Shown: positions 60,534 through 64,000 of the stretch, one piece after another | Layout of the letters: each line of letters starts with the position of its first letter | How positions within the stretch are numbered: position 1 is the first letter of the stretch | From: Polyangia bacterium | Lineage (GTDB): Bacteria > Myxococcota_A > Polyangia > JAHFDS01 > DATFWX01 | Direction of reading: 5' to 3' | Assembly (NCBI GenBank): GCA_035258845.1 | Contig: DATFWX010000130.1 | Coordinates: forward strand, 17,497-81,496 | DNA: 64,000 bases | Made by a program: the position numbers and the translations under genes | Notes under the pieces: model-generated | Told to the model about the DNA's origin: nothing | The model's input: the letters and a program-made list of their open reading frames with translations, nothing else | The model's database searches: none

Positions 60534-61646
60534 TCAGGTCAGGACGCGGCGTTTCACATGATACCGCTCGGTGTCGTAGAAGCGTGACACGTCGACCAGG
60601 TTGAGCGCGCGCACCGCGTCGGCCAGCGCAACCAGCGAGATCTCGCACGCGGGCGCGATGCCGCGCGCTGACACCATGGTGCCGAATGCTCCCCTGAGCG
60701 CCGCCTCCACGGCGGCGGTGCCGAACAGATGACCCATCAGGCGATCGGTGGTCGAGGGCGGCCCGCCCCGCTGCGGGTGACCCAGCGCAACCGCACGCGC
60801 GTCCCAGTGCGTGTCGCGCCGGATGCGCTCGGCCAGCCAGGCGCCCACGCCGCCCAGGCGCGCGTGGCCGAAGTCGTCGATCTTGGTCTCGACCGTGATG
60901 AGGTCGCTGCCGGCCGGCGTGGCGCCCTCGGCCACCACCACCACCGCGTAGCGCGGGTGGCGCCGATCCTTCTGGCCTTGCGACAGCCTTTCGTCGATGA
61001 GCCGGTACAGGTGTGCGAGCGAGAACGGATGCTCGGGGATCAGGATGGCATACGCGCCCCCGGCCAGGCCCGACCAGAGCGCGAGATGGCCCGCGTGCCG
61101 GCCCATCACCTCCACGATCTGCACCCAGTGATGCGAGCCCGCGGGCGTGCGCGAGCGCTCGATGATGTCGGCGCACGTGCGCAGCGAGGTATCGAACCCG
61201 AGCGTGTAGTCGGTCGCGCCCAGATCCTTGTCAATGGTCTTGGGGATGCCGATGAGGGGCGCGCCCAGCGCCGCCAGCTTGGCGGCCACGCCCAAGGTAT
61301 CCTCGCCCCCAATCGGAACCAGCGCGTCGAGCTGCAGCCGCTCGCGCAGGTTGCGAAGCACCTCGGCCGAGCGATCCACGGGCGCCCCCGGGCTGGCGCC
61401 GCTGGCCTTGAATGGGTTGGTGCGCGAGCTGCCCAGGTTGGTCCCGCCGTCGCGGTCCCAGGTCCGCACCACGAACGGATCGAGCGGGCACACCTCGTGC
61501 ACGCATTCGTCGAGCAGGCCCTGCCAGCCGTCGTAGATGCCGACTGCTTCGAGGCCGGCCTCGGCCGCCCGCAGCACGACCGCGCGGATGGCCGGGTTCA
61601 GCCCGGGCGCGTCGCCGCCTCCCGTCAGCACACCGATTCGCTTCAT
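60534..61646 (-). CDS. pfkA: 6-phosphofructokinase
   Basis: MKRIGVLTGGGDAPGLN, GGEDT, MGR motifs. AAGGAGAG RBS. Confidence 0.9.
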   Translation of the reverse strand: MKRIGVLTGGGDAPGLNPAIRAVVLRAAEAGLEAVGIYDGWQGLLDECVHEVCPLDPFVVRTWDRDGGTNLGSSRTNPFKASGASPGAPVDRSAEVLRNLRERLQLDALVPIGGEDTLGVAAKLAALGAPLIGIPKTIDKDLGATDYTLGFDTSLRTCADIIERSRTPAGSHHWVQIVEVMGRHAGHLALWSGLAGGAYAILIPEHPFSLAHLYRLIDERLSQGQKDRRHPRYAVVVVAEGATPAGSDLITVETKIDDFGHARLGGVGAWLAERIRRDTHWDARAVALGHPQRGGPPSTTDRLMGHLFGTAAVEAALRGAFGTMVSARGIAPACEISLVALADAVRALNLVDVSRFYDTERYHVKRRVLT

Positions 61647-61667
61647 GCGGCTTCTCTCCTTGGATGA

Positions 61668-62750
61668 TCAGCCGAGATAGCCCTGCTTGGCCAGATACTC
61701 GCCCACCAGGATCGCGCCCCGGGCAGCGCCCATCTTGGTGTTGTGCGAGACCAGGACGTACTTCAGGCCATGCTCGAGCGCCGGATCGAGACGCAGTCGG
61801 CCCACCGAGGTCGCCATGCCCTGCTCGGCGTCCCGATCGAGCCGCGGCTGGGGGCGGAACGGGTCGTCGTGCACCACGATCAGGCGGCGCGGCGCCGAGG
61901 GCAGCCCGAGCGCAAGGAACTCGGCGCCCCACTCGCGCAGACTGGCTTTCACCTGGTCGATCGAGGCCGCGCGCGCAAGGCTCACGAACACGGCTTCGGT
62001 GTGCCCCTCGAGCACCGGCACCCGGGTGCAGGTGGCCGAGATCGGAAAGGCGGCCGGCTCGATGGCGTGGCCGTGAAGGCGCCCCAGGATCTTCTGGGTT
62101 TCGCGCTGCACCTTGTCCTCTTCCTTGGCGATGTAGGGCACGACGTTGTCGATGATGTCGAGCCCCATCACGCCCGGTGAGCGGCCCGCGCCCGAAACCG
62201 ATTGCAGCGAGGTCATGAGCACGCTGCGCACACCGTAGGCCTGGTGGAGCGGGGCCAGCGACATGGCGAGGCCCGTGGTCGTGCAGTTGGGGCCCGGCGT
62301 GATGAAGCCCTTCCAGCCCCGCCGCTTGCGCTGTACGTCGATGAGCGGTGCATGCGCCATGTTCACGCCCGGGATGAAAACCGGCACGTCGTCGTCGTAC
62401 CGGAACGCGCTCGCGGTCGACAGGACCGGCACTTTTTCGGCCAGTCGCGGCTCGATCTCACGCGCGGCGTCGCTTTCGACCGCGCAGAAAGCCGCGCCCA
62501 GGCCCTCGGGATCCAGCTGGGCGGCGTCCTCGACGGGCAGCTCCGCGAACGCGCGCGGCAAAGGCTCCGACACATACCAGCGCGAGGCCCCCGACGAATC
62601 GCGAATGGCGTCGCCGTAGCGTTTGCCTGCCGAGCGCTCGGAGGCCGCCAGGCGAGCCACCTGGAACAGCGGGTGGTCGGCGAGCGCGGCCAGAAACTGC
62701 TGCCCGGCCAGCCCGGTGGCCCCGACGACGCAAACAGGGATGCGACTCAT
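61668..62750 (-). CDS. asd: Aspartate-semialdehyde dehydrogenase
   Basis: VVGATGLAGQ NAD-binding motif and catalytic GPNCTTTG; 360 aa. Confidence 0.9.
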   Translation of the reverse strand: MSRIPVCVVGATGLAGQQFLAALADHPLFQVARLAASERSAGKRYGDAIRDSSGASRWYVSEPLPRAFAELPVEDAAQLDPEGLGAAFCAVESDAAREIEPRLAEKVPVLSTASAFRYDDDVPVFIPGVNMAHAPLIDVQRKRRGWKGFITPGPNCTTTGLAMSLAPLHQAYGVRSVLMTSLQSVSGAGRSPGVMGLDIIDNVVPYIAKEEDKVQRETQKILGRLHGHAIEPAAFPISATCTRVPVLEGHTEAVFVSLARAASIDQVKASLREWGAEFLALGLPSAPRRLIVVHDDPFRPQPRLDRDAEQGMATSVGRLRLDPALEHGLKYVLVSHNTKMGAARGAILVGEYLAKQGYLG

Positions 62751-62782
62751 CAGCGGTTACATACCCGAGCCCTTGGGGGGCG

Positions 62783-63337
62783 TCAAATCTGGGTCGGCAG
62801 CGCGCGCGCCGCTTCGGCGTAGGCATCGAAGGTTTTCTGATCAAACAGGACGAATCGGACCGTGCGAACGTGCTGCCCCCGCGCGAGCGCCTGCCGAACC
62901 GTCTCCAGCGCAATCCGCGCGGCCTCGGCCACCGGATAGCCGTAGATGCCGGTCGAGATGGACGGGAAGGAAACGCTTTCCAATTTCAGCTCCTGGGCCC
63001 GCTGCATCGACTCCTGATAAGCGCTGGCGAGCGTGGCCGGCTCGTCGTGCTGGCCGTCGCGATAGCGTGGTCCGACCGCGTGAATCACGTAGCGGACCGC
63101 CAGCTTGCCGCCGCCCGTGACCATGGCGCCGCCGGAGGGCAGCCGGCCGTGCGCCGCCACCCAATCTTCGCAGTCGCGAAGGATGCCGGGGCCGCCCGCT
63201 CGGTGAATCGCGCCGTCCACGCCGCCGCCGCCCATGAGCGACGAGTTGGCCGCATTGACGATGGCATCGGTGCGCTCGCGCGTGATGTCGCCCTGCGCGA
63301 GCTCGATGTGCTTGCCACTTCTGACCTCGATTTTCAT
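62783..63337 (-). CDS. Macro-domain protein (O-acetyl-ADP-ribose deacetylase, YmdB-like)
   Basis: [47 protein letters not shown] overlap with the upstream stop. Confidence 0.85.
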   Translation of the reverse strand: MKIEVRSGKHIELAQGDITRERTDAIVNAANSSLMGGGGVDGAIHRAGGPGILRDCEDWVAAHGRLPSGGAMVTGGGKLAVRYVIHAVGPRYRDGQHDEPATLASAYQESMQRAQELKLESVSFPSISTGIYGYPVAEAARIALETVRQALARGQHVRTVRFVLFDQKTFDAYAEAARALPTQI

Positions 63338-64000
63338 GGGGAAGCCTCCTTGCGCTGCCGGGCCGCCTCGTACAGCAGCACCGCACCCGCCGCCGCCGCG
63401 CTGAGTGATCCCACCTGGCCCAGCGTCGGGATGCGCACCGAAAGGTCACAGATTTTTCGCACCAGGCGGCGCAGGCCGGTGCTCTCGGAACCGATCACGA
63501 GCGCGGTGGGTGTGCGGAAATCGACCTGCCAGGGCAGCGGTGCCTCGGCGCCGCCGGCTACCGCACCCACGATCCAGAGCCCGCGCTCCTTGAGCTCCTC
63601 GAGCGTGCGCGCCAGATTGGTCACGCTTGCGATTTTCGTGTGCTCGCTGGCGCCCGCCGATGCGCGCACCACGGCCGGCGTCACCTGGGCGGCCCGATCC
63701 TTGGGCACAATCACACCGCCGGCACCCAGCATGTGCGCCGAGCGCACGAGCGCCCCCAGGTTCTGCGGATCGGTCACACTGTCAAGCGCCAGCACCAGCG
63801 GCGGCGTCACCGCAGCCACCACGGCTTCGACGGTGGCATAGGGATACTCGCCCACCACCGCGATCGCGCCCTGGTGGCGCACGCCGGGACCGGCCAGAGC
63901 ATCGAGCTCGGGCCGCGTGCGCCGCTCGCACGGGACGCCCAGCGTGCGCGCCTGCTTCTCGACCGCGTCCTCGCTGGTGTACACGGCCGAAACCTCGCGC
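63334..64000 (-). CDS. rlmB: SpoU/TrmH-family RNA 2'-O-methyltransferase (RlmB-like), 3' part; the N-terminus lies beyond the window end
   Basis: SPOUT motifs [21 protein letters not shown] ... [10 protein letters not shown] ... [22 protein letters not shown]. Confidence 0.75.
   Translation of the reverse strand, partial: REVSAVYTSEDAVEKQARTLGVPCERRTRPELDALAGPGVRHQGAIAVVGEYPYATVEAVVAAVTPPLVLALDSVTDPQNLGALVRSAHMLGAGGVIVPKDRAAQVTPAVVRASAGASEHTKIASVTNLARTLEELKERGLWIVGAVAGGAEAPLPWQVDFRTPTALVIGSESTGLRRLVRKICDLSVRIPTLGQVGSLSAAAAGAVLLYEAARQRKEASP

Noticed and set aside
59902-61176. Extension of the H-NOX ORF to 424 aa
   Set aside because: The upstream 220 codons are R/G/H-rich junk overlapping pfkA in another frame. 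H-NOX homology starts at the GTG at 60519, right after the pfkA stop.

Overview
This is a 64-kb chromosomal window of about 70% GC that is almost entirely protein-coding. Its gene content points to Myxococcota (Ser/Thr kinases fused to PEGA and FGE domains, a giant TPR protein, myxobacterial-type Cys-rich repeats). I found no rRNA, tRNA, CRISPR array or mobile element. Many adjacent genes are translationally coupled through 4-nt ATGA, GTGA or TTGA stop/start overlaps.

Gene order, left to right:
- purC' and purB, an MBL-fold hydrolase, and a MoxR-DUF58-DUF4129 stress operon.
- A predicted pseudokinase fused to an extracytoplasmic FGE-sulfatase domain, followed by dut.
- A conserved, Firmicutes-like translation operon (rimP-nusA-ylxR-infB-DUF503-rbfA-DHH-truB-rpsO-pnp) with recognisable leader, terminator and autoregulatory hairpins.
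- An accessory block of CN-hydrolase, a 5x Cys-rich-repeat secreted protein, a secreted TPR protein and an active PEGA Ser/Thr kinase, with an orphan DUF4177 gene.
- aguAB (agmatine to putrescine), a Cys-based phosphatase, a phasin-like gene, recJ, and a lipoprotein next to the queA-tgt-yajC-secD-secF operon. tgt carries an unusual N-terminal tandem repeat encoded by 30-bp palindromic DNA repeats.
- A secreted HEAT-repeat protein with a 15-bp in-frame VNTR, a SAM-methyltransferase, and a PEGA protein coupled to an 11.2-kb, 3738-aa single ORF built from about 90 TPR-like repeats.
- A heterodimeric ABC exporter pair and a ferredoxin-MBL fusion.
- A very large hybrid REC-GAF-PAS-HK-REC-REC-GGDEF(AGDDF) signalling protein lying convergent to an H-NOX (NO/O2 haem sensor) gene that is co-transcribed with pfkA, then asd, a macro-domain protein and rlmB'.

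The best candidates for new biology are the H-NOX/pfkA/hybrid-kinase module, the giant TPR-PEGA-methyltransferase trio, the pseudokinase-FGE fusion and the kinase-TPR-Cys-repeat secreted set.
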